In this document: positions 24,601-38,300 of the stretch, piece by piece
Layout: the number at the start of each line of letters is the position of its first letter
Position numbering within the stretch: the stretch's first letter is position 1
Origin: Phyllosticta citribraziliensis
Lineage: Eukaryota
NCBI RefSeq assembly: GCF_038025025.1
Contig: NW_027117343.1
Span: 124,001 to 188,000 of the forward strand
Direction: 5' to 3'
DNA length: 64,000 bases
The notes under the pieces: generated by a model
Database searches by the model: none
What the model saw: the letters and a program-made list of their open reading frames with translations, nothing else
What the model was told of the DNA's origin: nothing
Made by a program: the position numbers and the translations under genes

Positions 24601-25363
24601 CTGTGGTCGCGTAGGAGGGAAGGCTGGCGGCGGAGTTTGTGAGACGGCGCGACAATTTGAGGCGGAATGGGCGGGCTGTGACGCAGCTTTAAGGGCAAGG
24701 ATAAATTTGATGAGAGGCACGAACGATAGATATTCTTTAGGAAGGGTGGTCCGGTGGTTGAGAGTGTAAGGTTTTTGCGGTGGCGATGTTAAGCGATGCT
24801 GTAGAGAGGCGGAGGATGCTTTGATGAGAAGCCTCCGTTGCCGTGTCCGGGCGAGTGTTTATTTCTCCTCCCAATGTTTGCTCAGGTGGTTCAGGCAAGA
24901 AATAGATGTGTGCTCAATCACGAGTGGCACCGGATGCCAAACCAACCTCAAACAGTGCGTCACCGACAGTTTACAAGGCGATAAAGGACACTTTTCATCA
25001 CACATTTGAAGTTGTGGCACATATTCGAATATCCTAGAAATGGCGAGATGTTATGCAAGCTCAGCGGCCAACGAACAGTCGAGATTCTCATGTTTGGCGT
25101 GTTCCCCGCAGCTCGGTCACGGTCACAGAAACAGCAAATCAAGCAAAAGGGATGGAAGCAGAGGGACTTTGCGCCTCATTGACATCCGTTTCAAGTCTGC
25201 AAATTGTTATGTCGTCTCACGAAGCTCGGGCATTGAGAAAAAGGTGTTGTTTTGGACAAAATCAAAGTCCGAACTTCATTGTTGTATTGATTTGGGAGGT
25301 ATCAGTCCAAGAGACGTCCAACGGCAGCTGACTTCCGAGTCCTCCACCGTACTCTCCTCCCTC

Positions 25364-26200
25364 CTACTCCGTACTCTTATTGCGGACCAAGCGGATTCCG
25401 GCGAAGAGCTCCTTCACCTTACGCCAGCTGAAGTCAGGAGCAGGCGTGTAGTAGGTCCGAACAGACCAAGACTCGTCCCAGCTAGGACCCTCGTACGGAA
25501 CATCCCTGGACAGCTCAGCCGCCGCAACTTTGTCCCAGAAGCCGGAACCGCGAATCTCCTCCATGAAGCTCTTGGAGAAGGCGAGAGTCTTCAACCGATT
25601 GGCCGTGTAATCGATGGTGGTCTCCCTAAGCGCGCGAGTCGTCTCCGGGACTATGTCGCAGTAGACAAACTTGATCGCGGCCGCCAGCTCCCTGAGCCCG
25701 TCGTCCGTGTACTCATTCACTTTGTAGATCGCGAATGAGAACGCGTACCGGGTACGATTTTCGAAGAGCGGAGCCTGGTAGTAGGGGGCGGCCGCGTGCA
25801 TCCTCGCATGCATGAGAATATCGTCCTGGTGCTCCGGATCGGGATAGTCGCTGGTGTAGAAGAACCTGATCATGGCCTTCATGATTTTTGGGTCCTCCTT
25901 GAGACGGACCTCATCGACATTTGATTCCTATCGGAGAATAAGGTCAACAGGAGGTCCCAAACGGTCTCCATCCGGAAGAGCCACGTACCTTAAAGTGGTG
26001 GGTAGAAAGCATCTTCTGGAAGAAAGCACACCCAGAGCGGAGGATTATTCTGTGTGCGCGAATGGACTCTTCTCCGCAGACAATCGTGATGTCGCTATCC
26101 TCTCCCTGTTCAAAGAGCCTTGCGAACTGATTCAGCTTCGCTCGAGCTTTGGGATTGAATTTCCTTGAAAAACTCACTGGCTCAAGAACGAGGCTTGCAT
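25364..26200 (-). CDS. BTB/POZ-domain protein, 3 exons, apparently intact
   Basis: MQASFLSQ/LFEQGEDSDITIVCGEESIRAHRIILRSGCAFFQKMLSTHHFK/ESNVDEVRLKEDPKIMKAMIRFFYTSDY. Introns 26119-26177 and 25928-25988. Confidence 0.88.
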
Positions 26201-26573
26201 CGTGAAGGGTAGGGCTGTAAGCGAGCTGCTCTCCGAAATTTCGTAGACCGTGTGTTTTGCAGCACAATGACGCCGTAGATGTGAGTGTCAGAGAAGGAGG
26301 CAGTCAAGCCCCGAGTGGTAAAGCAGAGGTGACGAGGAGCTGTGTGTTGAACGTGGAGATAGGGTGAGAAGCGAAAGGCGTCGATGATACTCTCTAACGT
26401 TGTAGTTCCGGTGGAATCTGGAGCAGCGAGGAGTATGTGTTGGAAAATCTTTGGGGTTGACGGGCTGTCGTCGAATATTTAACATCGTGTGTGGGCGGTA
26501 GCACCAAAGCAGAGGAAGGCGCATCGCGTCACTGGCCCAACACCGTCTTAACACAAGCAGTGTTGATTTTACC

Positions 26574-27062
26574 TCAGGCGGCAGTTCTTAAAGACCAGTG
26601 TAGTAAACTCCGAGTCTGGTTATTCAGCGAGCTTGTCCAGTGGCTCGAAGGATCCTGAGACGGATCATCTTTCCCGCCCTCAAAGACGGCGACGTCGTCC
26701 CAGAGGCCGCAGCCGTAAACTGCATCCATGAAAGCCTTAGACTTGCTCAGGACCTTGATGCGGGGAGCACAAAGCTCGACAGCAATGTCCCTGAGCGTGC
26801 GCACGGGATCAGGAGTCGTGGAGTTTATAATGTTGATTGCCTCAGCCAGGTCCTCGAGTCCCTTCTTGGTCTCGACGTCGACCGTGTAGATGTCCCACGA
26901 GAATCCATCCAATTCGGCAGTGTCTTCGAGGAGGCGGGCGTGGTAGAGGTGGTAATGTCGCTGTTTTTGCCGCTCTCGAACTGTCTGACGAGAGAAATTA
27001 GCTCCATTCAGAGCTTTGAGATTTTCTTGGATGACTTACTGAGTGAGAATGGAGAGGTCCAT
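26574..27062 (-). pseudogene. BTB gene relic with internal deletion of the BTB core and a frameshift
   Basis: MDLSILTQ/QFESGKNSDIT (intron 26985-27039) jumps out of frame at ~26950 into LYHARLLED...GLEDLAEAINII...LRDIAVELCAPRIKVLSKSKAFMD...GLWDDVA, which aligns with the C-terminal half of the 25364-26200 paralog. Confidence 0.75.
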
Positions 27063-27225
27063 CCTGGCTCAAGAGCTCTGAACGAGAGGCTCACTAGAAA
27101 GGCTAGTTTGATATACTATCTCGATAATGATATACGGATAAAAATGTAGAAAAATCATTCACTGGATTGAATCGAGCTATTTCAAGTCCCCCTTATCCTT
27201 CTCTTTGGCCCAAAGAAGCAGATTC

Positions 27226-27702
27226 TCACTCACAGCAGTCGGCGAGCGACCACAAAGCCTCAACAATGCTGGAGGTGCTCCACCAAGTTGTGCTAGGCGA
27301 GACGGTCACTGCAGAAACCCCGTTCTGCGCGTCAGACTCAAACGAGTCCATCCAGCCACCCGGGTCCGGGTCACCTGGCGTCTCGCGACTGGCCTTGGCC
27401 TGCCGGGCAAGCGCCACTTCTCTGCCAAAGTCCGTCCCCGACTGCTGTAAAAAGGCCGCATTGCCAAAGCCGGGTCTGCGAACAATGTCGCGCGTGCAGC
27501 TTCCGCTTGCTTGCGCGTCATCAACACGTCCTTGAGGCCGTGAGGGTCCTCGCGCAAAGTATGGCGAACGCGAGCGATGAGCGATGACCTTTCCGCCGGT
27601 CAACTAACGGGCGGCCTGCACCGACGGAAGTTAGGAATTGCCGCAAGAATAAGCGCGCGAACATACCTTCAGCCAGCCAGTAGGCCAGGAGCGAGCGCTC
27701 AT
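27226..27702 (-). pseudogene. Highly degraded BTB-like relic (tentative)
   Basis: ATG exon + canonical intron 27616-27666 (GTATGT...CTAAC...CAG), then an in-frame TAG, GKVIAHRSRSPYFAR (collapsed AHR..L...SPYF motif) and NAAFLQQSGTDFGREVA, similar to NPAFNAMMDAVGAFGRELA of the neighbouring gene. Confidence 0.45.
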
Positions 27703-27876
27703 TGGCTCGCGGCGTGTTGGGAGTGTGCTGGAGTATATGTATGAGGTACGCGAAGAGAGTCTGTCTGGATATACGCTTCTCTTCCTCAACTCCTCAACAG
27801 AGAAACATTCCACATCCCCCCTCCCCCTCCCTCCCACTTCCTCCCCATTCCCCCTCCCCACATCCAACCACCTCAC

Positions 27877-28985
27877 CTACCTCAACGCCACAACCTCGCC
27901 GCCCCTCCTACAAAACCCACAAACCAAGCCCTCGCATCCATCCGACTGGACGCAATACCGCTCGACGCAATACGTGCAGAGGAAGCGGCGGCCGCCAAAT
28001 TCCTGCTTCAGCGCCTGATTGCGTTTAGCCAGCAGCGCGGCGAGTTCGCGGCCGAAGGCGCCGACGGCGTCCATCATGGCGTTGAAGGCGGGGTTGGAGG
28101 TGAGGGAGGAGAGGTTGGGGGCGCAGAGCGTTGTGAGGAGGGTGCGGAGGCGGTGGGGGGATGAGGGGGAGGGCGCTGAGGGGGTGGGAGAGGGGATTGG
28201 GAAGGGGGTGGTGGAGGGAGGCGGGGATGGAGATGCAGATGCGGATGCGGGTGGAGACGGTGAGGACGAGGGCAAGGGGGAGGTAGGAGAAGACGGCGAA
28301 TTGTCGTAGACGAATGCAATGACGGCAGGCAAGGCGGCCGCAGTGCGCGGCCAGTCCGCCGTCGCGAGCGCTTCGAAGCGTGTGAAGGCGATGTCGGCGA
28401 GCGCGGGCATGAGGAAGTAGCCTGCCGCGGCGTGCATGGCGGCGTGGAAAATCAGCTCTGCGGCCAGCTCGTCGTCGACATCGTCGTCGTTGTGGTCGTC
28501 GGTATGCGTTGTGCTCTCGTTGGTAGGGCAGGGCGAGGAGACGGAGGAGGACGCACACGCGTAGTCGCGCGTGTAGATGAACTGCAGGACGGCTTTGACG
28601 ACGGCCGGGTCCTCGTCGTGCAGGTGGACTTCGTTGCTTTGTGATTCCTGCGGCGGCGCTGTCAGGTGTTTGTTCTCTTTAATATCTGCGCTCGAAGCGC
28701 GCTGGATGGACGAGTGAGGGTTGGCGACGCACCTTGAAGTTGTGCGCCGGGTTGAGCGCCTTCTCAAAATACGGACTGCCCAAGCTGAGGACGAGCTTGT
28801 GCGCCTTGATCGCGCGGCCATCTCTACAGACGATGGAAACGTCGGCGTGGCGCTCATTCTCAAAGTACCTAATTGAAGTCAAATTAGCTGCTGTTCAGGT
28901 GTTGGTGGACGGGCAAGGAGGGGGATTCGTACGAAGCCCAGGCGGGCGAGCAGACACACTGGCTGTGGGCTGGGGAATCCTCCAT
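27877..28985 (-). CDS. BTB/POZ-domain protein with Pro/Ser insert and C-terminal CxxC...CxxC motif, 3 exons
   Basis: YFENERHADVSIVCRDGRAIKAHKLVLSLGSPYFEKALNPAHNFK/ESQSNEVHLHDEDPAVVKAVLQFIYTRDY; introns 28869-28932 and 28648-28732; ends FLCTYC...LVCGFC. Confidence 0.88.
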
Positions 28986-31900
28986 CGTGGAATTGACCTC
29001 GTGTCATGGCAGAGGCTGGAGAAGTTTGTGGAGAACGAAACAAAAGACGAAAGCGTCTACACGCGTTGGTGGTGCGGTGTCGCGCTAACCCGCTCCGGCG
29101 GGGGAGAGATGGGGTAGTCGCGGCGCATCAACGCACCCACACCGCTCACACAACACCAATGCAACGCGTTTTTAGGTTGGCATGAGATGTGCTGCTGCTT
29201 TTTCGATAGTCGAGTAAAGAATCGTCCCCGCTCTTTCTTGTCTTGACTTTTCCAGCCTTTTCTTCAAAGAACGATGACTTGGATGCGTAGAGAAATGCTA
29301 GGCAAAAGGCCAGTGCAACAAAGCAAGTGTGATTCGGAATCTCCACAGCTCTTTCCAAAAATGTGTTGCGAAGAGTACCCACCGTGTTTTTATGGTCGAG
29401 CAAACAGACGTTTCAATGATGCGGATCCTGTCGATGCTGCTCCGTCAACACCGCTGGCCAAGTGGCAATGATTCGGAAAGCTTCATCACCAAAGACAAAT
29501 CCACTTTGCCTCTGAGCCCCTTGATTCACTAGAGGGGCACCCAGACTGGTGAAGTCGAAGCATGCACGCCATGTCAGTGCAGATGTCCAAGTGTCCTCCT
29601 GGAAATCGACCCCAACGTAGGGAAAGAAAGCAGCACGCCGATATATAAGTGGCCAAAAGAGGCAAACAGCTTGTGCCCTGCTGTTTTACGACTGGCGATT
29701 GTTGGCCGCTGAGAAACACGCAAGTGTCGAGCCGAAGGCGCAAGGAGACTGAGGTGTAGAGCAAATGAACGGAACTTTTTATTTGGAGGAAGAAACTTTG
29801 CACGATGCAGGGTCCGGTGAAGACTTCAGGACGCGCAGTGCCTGTTATTCTGTGGTGTGCAAGTGAGAGTGTGGAGAGACATTGCTGCCAGCTGAACTGC
29901 CTTGATGGAGAGATTTTCCGAAACGGTCGGTTTGGTTAAGGCAAGAAACGAGAGAAAGACGACAGGGTGTGCTCATTGTGGTGAGCTTGCTTAGCTTTGC
30001 CTGGCAACATGGTGGTGGCTAGCGAGCAGACAAGCGGTCTCGACCCTGGGGGCACATGGAAAGGTGCGACAGGGATGGCCCGGCTAGATGAGAGCGATAG
30101 CCGACTACTGGACACGGCGAATCTTCAGCAAGCACGAGGTAAAGCGCGCCATGACGAATTAGGAAATGCTTGACCGGGGAAGTCGATCGGCACGCTGACA
30201 GTGCATTCAGCTGAGCGCCATTGATACCTGAAGTGCTGGGTGATGAACACGATTGCTGACGAACATGGCACCGACCGCTCTGTAGGAGCTTGGCGAGGCA
30301 ATGGTGGAGTAGGGGTTCATGAGGTCTGAAGTGGGCGTCGCATGGTCAGGGTCGAGGTGCCTTGTGCCTGCAGACGCCAATCGCGGAGGATTCGGCAGTG
30401 GTTGACGAAACTTGGGGCCCAAAATATCGACGAGCAAACGAGGCGATAAGGGTCCGGTTGCAAGCAAGAGCTGCGTCAATACTCTGTTAGCGCGTACCGT
30501 AGCTTACGTTGGGGCATTTTTCGAGGCCAAGGCTGAAGTGCAAACAACCTCATGAAGGTGGTGGGGCCAACAGAGCTTATGTACGTGTTTAGCAGCAGGA
30601 GGGCCGGGGATGAAGGTTGCAGGGCAGGGCAGGGCAGGCCAGGGTGCTGAGGTGACGAACAGGCTCGAGGCTACAGGCGGGTATGCCGAATGCCGCTCGG
30701 GACCGGAGAAGACGGCTTATCGGTGGCGCAGAGGGCCCATGCGCGTTGCCGACTCGACTCTTGGTCCGTCTGGGAGCGGCGCCGGACAAGGCAAACTGGG
30801 GCGGCGCGCCGCTTCGATGCGGAGAGGGATCGAAGCGGTTTCGAGAGTCGATATGGAGAGCGGCTCACGAGGCAGCCGGTTTCGACGAGCAACCAGCACA
30901 AGAATGGGCAAAGCGGCGGACGGTGGACCGGCTTGTGATGCAATCGGAGTCCGAGGCGGAGAACCGAGCGGGCCGGGTCTCAGATGGCGGTGGTGGTGGT
31001 TGGCGAAGCGGTGCAGCTAGTGGTAACGGGGAACCAAGGGGCCGTCTTACGGGCTGGGGTCAGGGTATTGGGGGTCTGGGGCATGAGGCATGTGTGCGGG
31101 TGTGCTGTCCAGCAGCAAGATGAGAAGGGACGAAGCACCAAACAGCGAGGGGCCACATGGGCAGCCGGATGCATGGCGACAGGGTAAGGCAGGGCAGGGC
31201 AGTTGTTGGCGAAAGCGGAAATGGGTGGGAAGTGGTGACGAAGAGGGATGGGAAGTGTGAAGCAAGAGAGGAGAGGGGCGGAAGCTCGAGAGCGGACGGG
31301 CGGCGTCGGCGGCGGCGGCGTCGGCGGCGGCAGGACTACGGGGAAAGGGCCGACAAGACGACGAGACAGGCAGGAAAAAGACGGAGGAGCAGCAGGATTT
31401 TTCTACGAGGACGAAGGGAAATGTCCAGGTTCGGGAATGGGTCGGGGCGCAAGAGCGCTGAGTGGGATTTTGTAGGGCCCAGCGATCAGCTGCAGTCCCA
31501 ACGTTGACGCCTCTCCGCAACTTGCGAGGGCACTCAACAAAACGACCGCCGTAGCGCGTTCCTTGCATGGCCACGGCCGTGGCTATTCCGAGGGGGCTCT
31601 CTGCCGGCGGACCTCGCATCAAGCGCAGAGGAATCACGTCGCATCTGACGTCTCGCAGTCCGACGGCCATGGGATGGGCTGTTGTTCTCGCTGCTGTCTC
31701 TCGTCAGGTCGTGTTGGCGCAGTGGTTGGCTCGGGGCCAGGTCGTCGGGAGTGCGGCGGCGCGGCTAAACCACTCTCGGATAGCTAGCCGAGCTGGTGAC
31801 GGCGGGCTGAAGCTCAACAGCTCCAGTCCGTCCAGGTCCCGCCATGGCCACCCACCCATGTCCGTGTCCGACAGCTACCCTACCCTACCGCAACGGAACC

Positions 31901-32353
31901 GTATGGCTGCCGTAATTCTCACCCTCCCTCTAAGCCCGTGACGTTGATATATTCGCGCCCGCCCGATCGGCTCCAGACGCTTCATTTCCCCCCTCCGTTC
32001 CAATTGATCCAGCTTCAGGTCTCTCCCTTCCCAGACCTGTCCTGAACCCTTCCCTCGTCCTTCCCCAGAGCCCATCAGAGAGGGCCCACCTCCAGTCCAG
32101 CACCGCAGCTTCCTCTGCCTCTCCGCTGCCTGCCCGCGTCTGCCACTCTGCTGTCACGCACCACACGATACTTCCTCTCCTCTCACTCCGCAGACATCTT
32201 CCCTCTATACCCCGTTCTGCTTTTCATCTACTGCGGCGTTTCCGAGCATCGACTTGTACACATTAGACGCTACATCCCGGCTTGAATCTCGCCGAGTCCC
32301 TCCCTCCTCCGCTCAACTCCTGCCCAACAACTCCTCTCCCGAAACATCTCTCA

Positions 32354-35300
32354 ATGGGCCTCTCCGCAGACATGGCCGACTCAAACGGCACCAACGGCCA
32401 CAGCAATGGCGCCCCCAGCTCCTACGCCGCGAGGCACGACATTCACTCGCACTTCATCGGAGGCAGCCACCTGAACGCCGCCCCTCCGAGCAAGGTCAAG
32501 GACTTTGTCGCCGCTCACGACGGTCACACCGTCATCACCAACGTGGGTTTGCCCGCCAGCTCTTATTCCCGCTGAAATCTCGCTAACCCCGCCACTCCCC
32601 AGGTTCTCATCGCGAACAACGGTATCGCAGCCGTCAAGGAAATCAGATCGGTGCGAAAATGGGCATACGAGACGTTTGGCGACGAGCGCGCCATCCAGTT
32701 CACCGTCATGGCCACGCCTGAGGATTTGCAGGCAAACGCAGACTACATTAGGATGGCCGACCAGTATGTTGAGGTACGTCGAACCCCAGAAAAATCTGGC
32801 TGGCCCCGCTCTCTAACCCCACCCAGGTCCCGGGAGGAACCAACAACAACAACTACGCCAACGTCGAGCTCATTGTCGATGTTGCCGAGCGTATGGACGT
32901 CCACGCCGTGTGGGCTGGCTGGGGTCACGCCTCCGAAAACCCAAAGCTCCCCGAATCGCTCGCCGCATCACCCAAGAAGATTGTCTTCATCGGTCCCCCA
33001 GGCTCCGCCATGCGCTCGCTGGGTGACAAGATTTCCTCGACCATCGTCGCACAACACGCCCAAGTCCCCTGCATACCGTGGTCGGGTACTGGAGTCGACG
33101 ATGTCATAATTGACGACAAGGGAATCGTCACGGTTGAGGATGAGATCTACAACAAGGGTTGCGTGCAGTCGCCCGAAGAGGGTCTTGAGGCGGCCAAGAA
33201 GATTGGCTTCCCCGTCATGATCAAGGCCTCTGAGGGTGGCGGTGGAAAGGGTATCCGCAAGGTCGAGTCGGAAGAAAACTTTGTCCAATTGTACCGCGCT
33301 GCTGCGAGCGAAATTCCCGGCTCGCCCATCTTCATCATGAAGCTGGCCGGCAACGCGCGTCACTTGGAGGTCCAGCTTCTTGCTGACCAGTACGGCAACA
33401 ACATCTCCCTCTTTGGCAGAGATTGTTCCGTCCAGCGTCGGCACCAGAAGATTATCGAGGAGGCTCCCGTTACGATTGCCAACCCGGAAACGTTCCAAAA
33501 GATGGAGAAGTCAGCAGTGGCGCTGGGTAAATTGGTCGGCTACGTCTCTGCGGGTACGGTGGAATACCTGTACTCGCACGAAGACGATGCTTTCTATTTC
33601 TTGGAACTCAACCCCCGTCTCCAGGTCGAACATCCGACCACCGAGATGGTGTCTGGCGTCAACTTGCCCGCGGCACAGCTGCAGGTTGCCATGGGTCTGC
33701 CTCTGCACCGCATCCGCGACATTCGTCTCCTCTACGGCGTCGACCCCCACTCGGCCACCGAGATCGACTTTGACTTTTCGACCGAGGACGCTCTCGTCAA
33801 CCAGAGGAAGCCCAAGCCCAAGGGTCACACCACGGCTTGCCGCATCACCTCCGAAGACCCCGGCGAAGGCTTCAAGCCGTCGAGCGGTACCATGCACGAG
33901 CTGAACTTTAGGAGCAGCTCCAATGTCTGGGGTTACTTCTCCGTCGGTACTGCTGGTGGTATCCACAGCTACTCTGACAGTCAGTTTGGTCACATTTTCG
34001 CCTACGGCGAGAACCGCTCCGCCTCGAGGAAGCACATGGTCGTCGCTCTCAAGGAGCTGAGCATTCGTGGTGACTTTAGGACAACCGTCGAGTACTTGAT
34101 CAAGCTTCTGGAGACGCCTGCTTTCGAGGACAACACCATTACCACTGGCTGGCTGGACGAGCTGATTTCCAAGAAGCTCACCGCAGAGAGACCCGACCCC
34201 ATGGTCGCCGTCATTTGCGGTGCTGTCCAAAAGGCCTGGGGTGCCAGCGAGGCGTGCATTGCCGAGTACAAGCAGAGCTTGGAGAAGGGTCAGATTCCTT
34301 CCAAGGATGTCCTCAAGACCGTCTTCCCCATCGACTTCATCTACGAGGGCTTCCGCTACAAGTTCACGGCGACCCGTTCGAGCGCCGATGCTTTTACCCT
34401 CTTCATCAACGGTTCGAGGTGCCAAGTCGGCGTCCGTGCCCTGGCTGACGGTGGTCTGCTCGTGCTGTTGAGCGGCAAGTCTCACAACGTCTACTGGAAG
34501 GAGGAAGTCGGCGCCACTCGTCTCTCTGTCGACAGCAAGACTTGCTTGCTCGAGCAGGAGAACGACCCCACTCAGCTCAGGGCGCCCACCCCCGGCAAGC
34601 TCGTCAAGTTCACCGTCGCCAACGGCGAGCACATCAAGCAGGGCCAGACCTATGCCGAGATCGAGGTCATGAAGATGTACATGCCTCTTTACGCGCAAGA
34701 GGACGGTGTGGTCAACCTCATCAAGCAGCCGGGTGCGACTCTCGAGGCCGGTGACATAGTAGGAATCCTCGCGCTTGACGACCCGTCCAAGGTCAAGTCC
34801 GCCCAGCTCTTCCTTGGCCAGCTCCCCATCTACGGCCCTCCTCAAGTCATGGGTTCCAAGGCGCCGCAGCGCTTCAGCTACCTTTACAACATCCTTTCGG
34901 ACATTCTCAAGGGCTTTGACAACCAGGTCATTATGCTCGACACTCTGAGGGAGCTTATCAATGTTCTGCGCGATCAAGAGCTTCCTTTTGGCCAGTGGAA
35001 CGCTCAAGCTTCTGCCCTCCACGCCCGCATGCCGCAAAAGCTCGACTCTGCCCTGGCGCAGATTGTCGAACGGGCGCACAGCCGTGGTGTCGAGTTCCCG
35101 GCCAAGCAGCTCATCAAGGCTTTCAACCGCTTCTTGGAAGACAACGTGGAGCCCGGTGACGCTGACCTCTTGCGCAGCTCCCTTGCCCCACTGATCGACG
35201 TTGCCAACATATACCTCGACGGCCTCAAGGTTCACGAGTACTCGGTCATGATCAGGCTCATCGAGCAGTACTCCAGCGTCGAGTCGCTCTTCTCCACGCG

Positions 35301-38300
35301 CCAGAACAGGGACGATGAGGTTATCCTCAAGCTCAGGGACGAGAACAAGGAGAACCTGGTCAGCGTCGTCTACACTGTCCTCTCGCACACTCGCGTGCAG
35401 TCGAAGAGCAACCTCGTTCTGGCCATTCTCGACTCGTACAAGCCCAACAAGCCCGGCGTTGGCAACGTCGCCAAGTACTTTAAGAACGTCCTGCGCAAGC
35501 TGACGGAGCTCGAGTCGAGAGCCACTGCCAAGGTCGCCGTCAAGGCCCGCGAGGTCCTCATCCAGTGCGCCATGCCTTCGCTGGAGGAGCGCACTTCGCA
35601 AATGGAGCACATTCTGCGCTCCGCCGTTGTCGAGTCCAAGTACGGCGAGTCTGGCTTTGAGCACCGCGAGCCCGACTTTGAAATCATCAAGGAGGTCGTC
35701 GACTCCAAGTACACCGTTTTCGATGTGCTTCCTCAGTTCTTTGCTCACGGTGACCCCTACGTCGCCCTGGCTGCTCTCGAGGTCTACACTCGCCGTGCTT
35801 ACCGTGCGTACTCGCTCAAGCAGATTGACTACCACATTGAGACGGAGCCTCCTTACGTCCTCTCCTGGGACTTTGCCCTGCGCAAGGTTGGCGAGTCCGA
35901 ATTTGGTCTGCCCATCGAGTCGTCTCACCCTTCTACTCCCGGCACCCCGGCCACCGAGATCTCAGCCTTTGGCTCGAAGCGCGTCCACTCTATTAGCGAT
36001 ATGAGCTACTTGTCCCGCCGTACCGAGGGCGAGCCTACCCGCAAGGGCGCGGTCGTGCCAATCCCTTTCATCGAGGACGCCGAGGAGTACCTCATCCGTG
36101 CTCTGGACGCCTTCCCCATCTATGGCAATGGCAAGAAGAGGCAGTCGAGTGGTAACAACGCCGGTCTCCTCGCCGATCTGTCTAACAAACGCCGGCCCAC
36201 CACCCCTGGTGCTAAGGACACTGATGAGGAACTCACTGCCGTCTGCAACATTGCCGTTCGCGACGCTGAGAGCTTCGACGACAAGGAGATTCTCGCCCGC
36301 ATCCAGCCCATTGTCAACGACTTCAAGGACGAGTTCCTTGCAAGGCGCGTGCGCCGTGTGACGTTCATCTGCGGCCACAAGGACGGTACCTACCCCGGCT
36401 ACTACACGTTCCGTGGACCCACCTACGAGGAGGACAGCAGCATTCGTCACATTGAGCCTGCGTTGGCCTTCCAGCTCGAGCTTGGCCGACTTAACAAGTT
36501 CCACATCAAGCCCGTCTTCACCGAGAACCGCAACATTCACATCTACGAGGCTGTTGGCAAGGGTGCTGAGAACGACAAGCGCTACTTCACGAGGGCTGTC
36601 GTCCGTCCTGGCCGCCTGCGGGAGGGTATCCCCACGGTCGAGTTCTTGGTTTCCGAGGCCGACAGGCTCATGAACGACATTCTCGACGCTCTCGAGATTA
36701 TTGGTAACAACAACTCGGACATGAACCACATCTTCATCAACTTCTCGACCGTCTTCCCCATGCAGCCCGCTGATGTCCAGGAGGCCCTCGGCGGCTTCTT
36801 GGACCGCTTCGGTCGCCGCGCCTGGAGGCTCCGCGTCACTGGTGCCGAGATTCGCATAGTCTGCACCGACGAGAATGGCATGCCCTACCCGCTCCGCGTC
36901 GTCATCACTAACACCGCTGGCTACGTTGTTGACGTCGAGCTGTATGCCGAGAAGAAGTCGGAGAAGGGCGGCCAGTGGCTCTTCCACAGCATTGGCGGCA
37001 CGACCAAGATTGGCTCGATGCACCTGCGTCCCGTCTCGACTCCCTACCCGACCAAGGGCGCCCTCCAGCCCAAGCGTTACAAGGCCCACATCATGGGCAC
37101 GCAGTACGTCTACGACTTCCCTGAGCTCTTCCGCCAGGCGGTCGAGAACAGCTGGACCGAGATGACTTCCAAGGCTCCTCATCTTAAGGAGAAGCAGCCC
37201 GTCAAGGGCGAGTGCATCGAGTACAGCGAGCTCGTCCTCGACGAGTACGACAACCTCGCCGAAGTCAACCGCGAGCCTGGTGCCAACAACATTGGCATGG
37301 TTGGTTGGATCGTCACGGCCAAGACTCCCGAGTACCCCAGGGGCCGTCGCTTCATCATCATTGCCAACGACATTACCTTCAAGATTGGTTCCTTTGGCCC
37401 GCTGGAGGACAAGTTCTTCCACAAGTGCTCGGAGCTGGCCCGCAAGATGGGTATTCCTCGCATCTACCTCTCCGCCAACTCTGGTGCGCGCATCGGCATG
37501 GCCGAGGAACTCATCCCCCACTTTTCCGTCGCGTGGAACGACCCGGAGAACCAGCAAATGGGCTTCAAGTACCTGTACCTCACTGAGGAGAAGAAGAAGC
37601 TGTTTGAGGACGGTGGCCGTAAGGATGTCATCACCGAGCCGATCAAGGAGGACGGCGAGACGAGGCACAAGATTACCACCATCGTGGGTGCCGAGGATGG
37701 CCTTGGTGTCGAGTGTCTGCGCGGCTCCGGTCTCATTGCCGGTGAGACCAGCAGGGCCTACGAAGACATCTTCACCATCACCCTGGTCACTTGCCGTTCC
37801 GTCGGTATCGGTGCCTACCTCGTCCGCCTTGGACAGCGTGCCATTCAGATTGAGGGCCAGCCCATCATCCTGACTGGCGCCCCTGCCATCAACAAGCTGC
37901 TCGGTCGCGAAGTCTACACCTCCAACCTGCAACTCGGCGGCACTCAAATCATGTACAGGAACGGTGTCTCGCACATGACTGCCTCTGATGACTTTGAGGG
38001 TGTGTCCAAGATTGTCCGCTGGATGGCGTACGTTCCCGAGAAGAAGGGCCAGCCAGTGCCCATCTCGCTCGCATCTGAGAGCTGGGACCGCGACATTACC
38101 TACTTCCCGCCCCAGAAGCAGCCTTACGATGTCAGATGGTTGATTGCCGGTAAGGAGGACGACGAAGGCTTCCTGTCTGGTCTGTTTGACCGCGGCTCCT
38201 TTGAGGAGGCGCTCGGCGGCTGGGCGAGGACCGTCGTCACCGGTCGTGCTCGCCTTGGTGGCATCCCCGTTGGTGTCATTGGCGTCGAGACTCGCTCCGT

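Noticed and set aside
32282..32371. In-frame upstream extension of ACC1 as a possible mitochondrial targeting peptide
   Set aside because: Pro-rich, lacks Arg-rich amphipathic character; TTG start unsupported.
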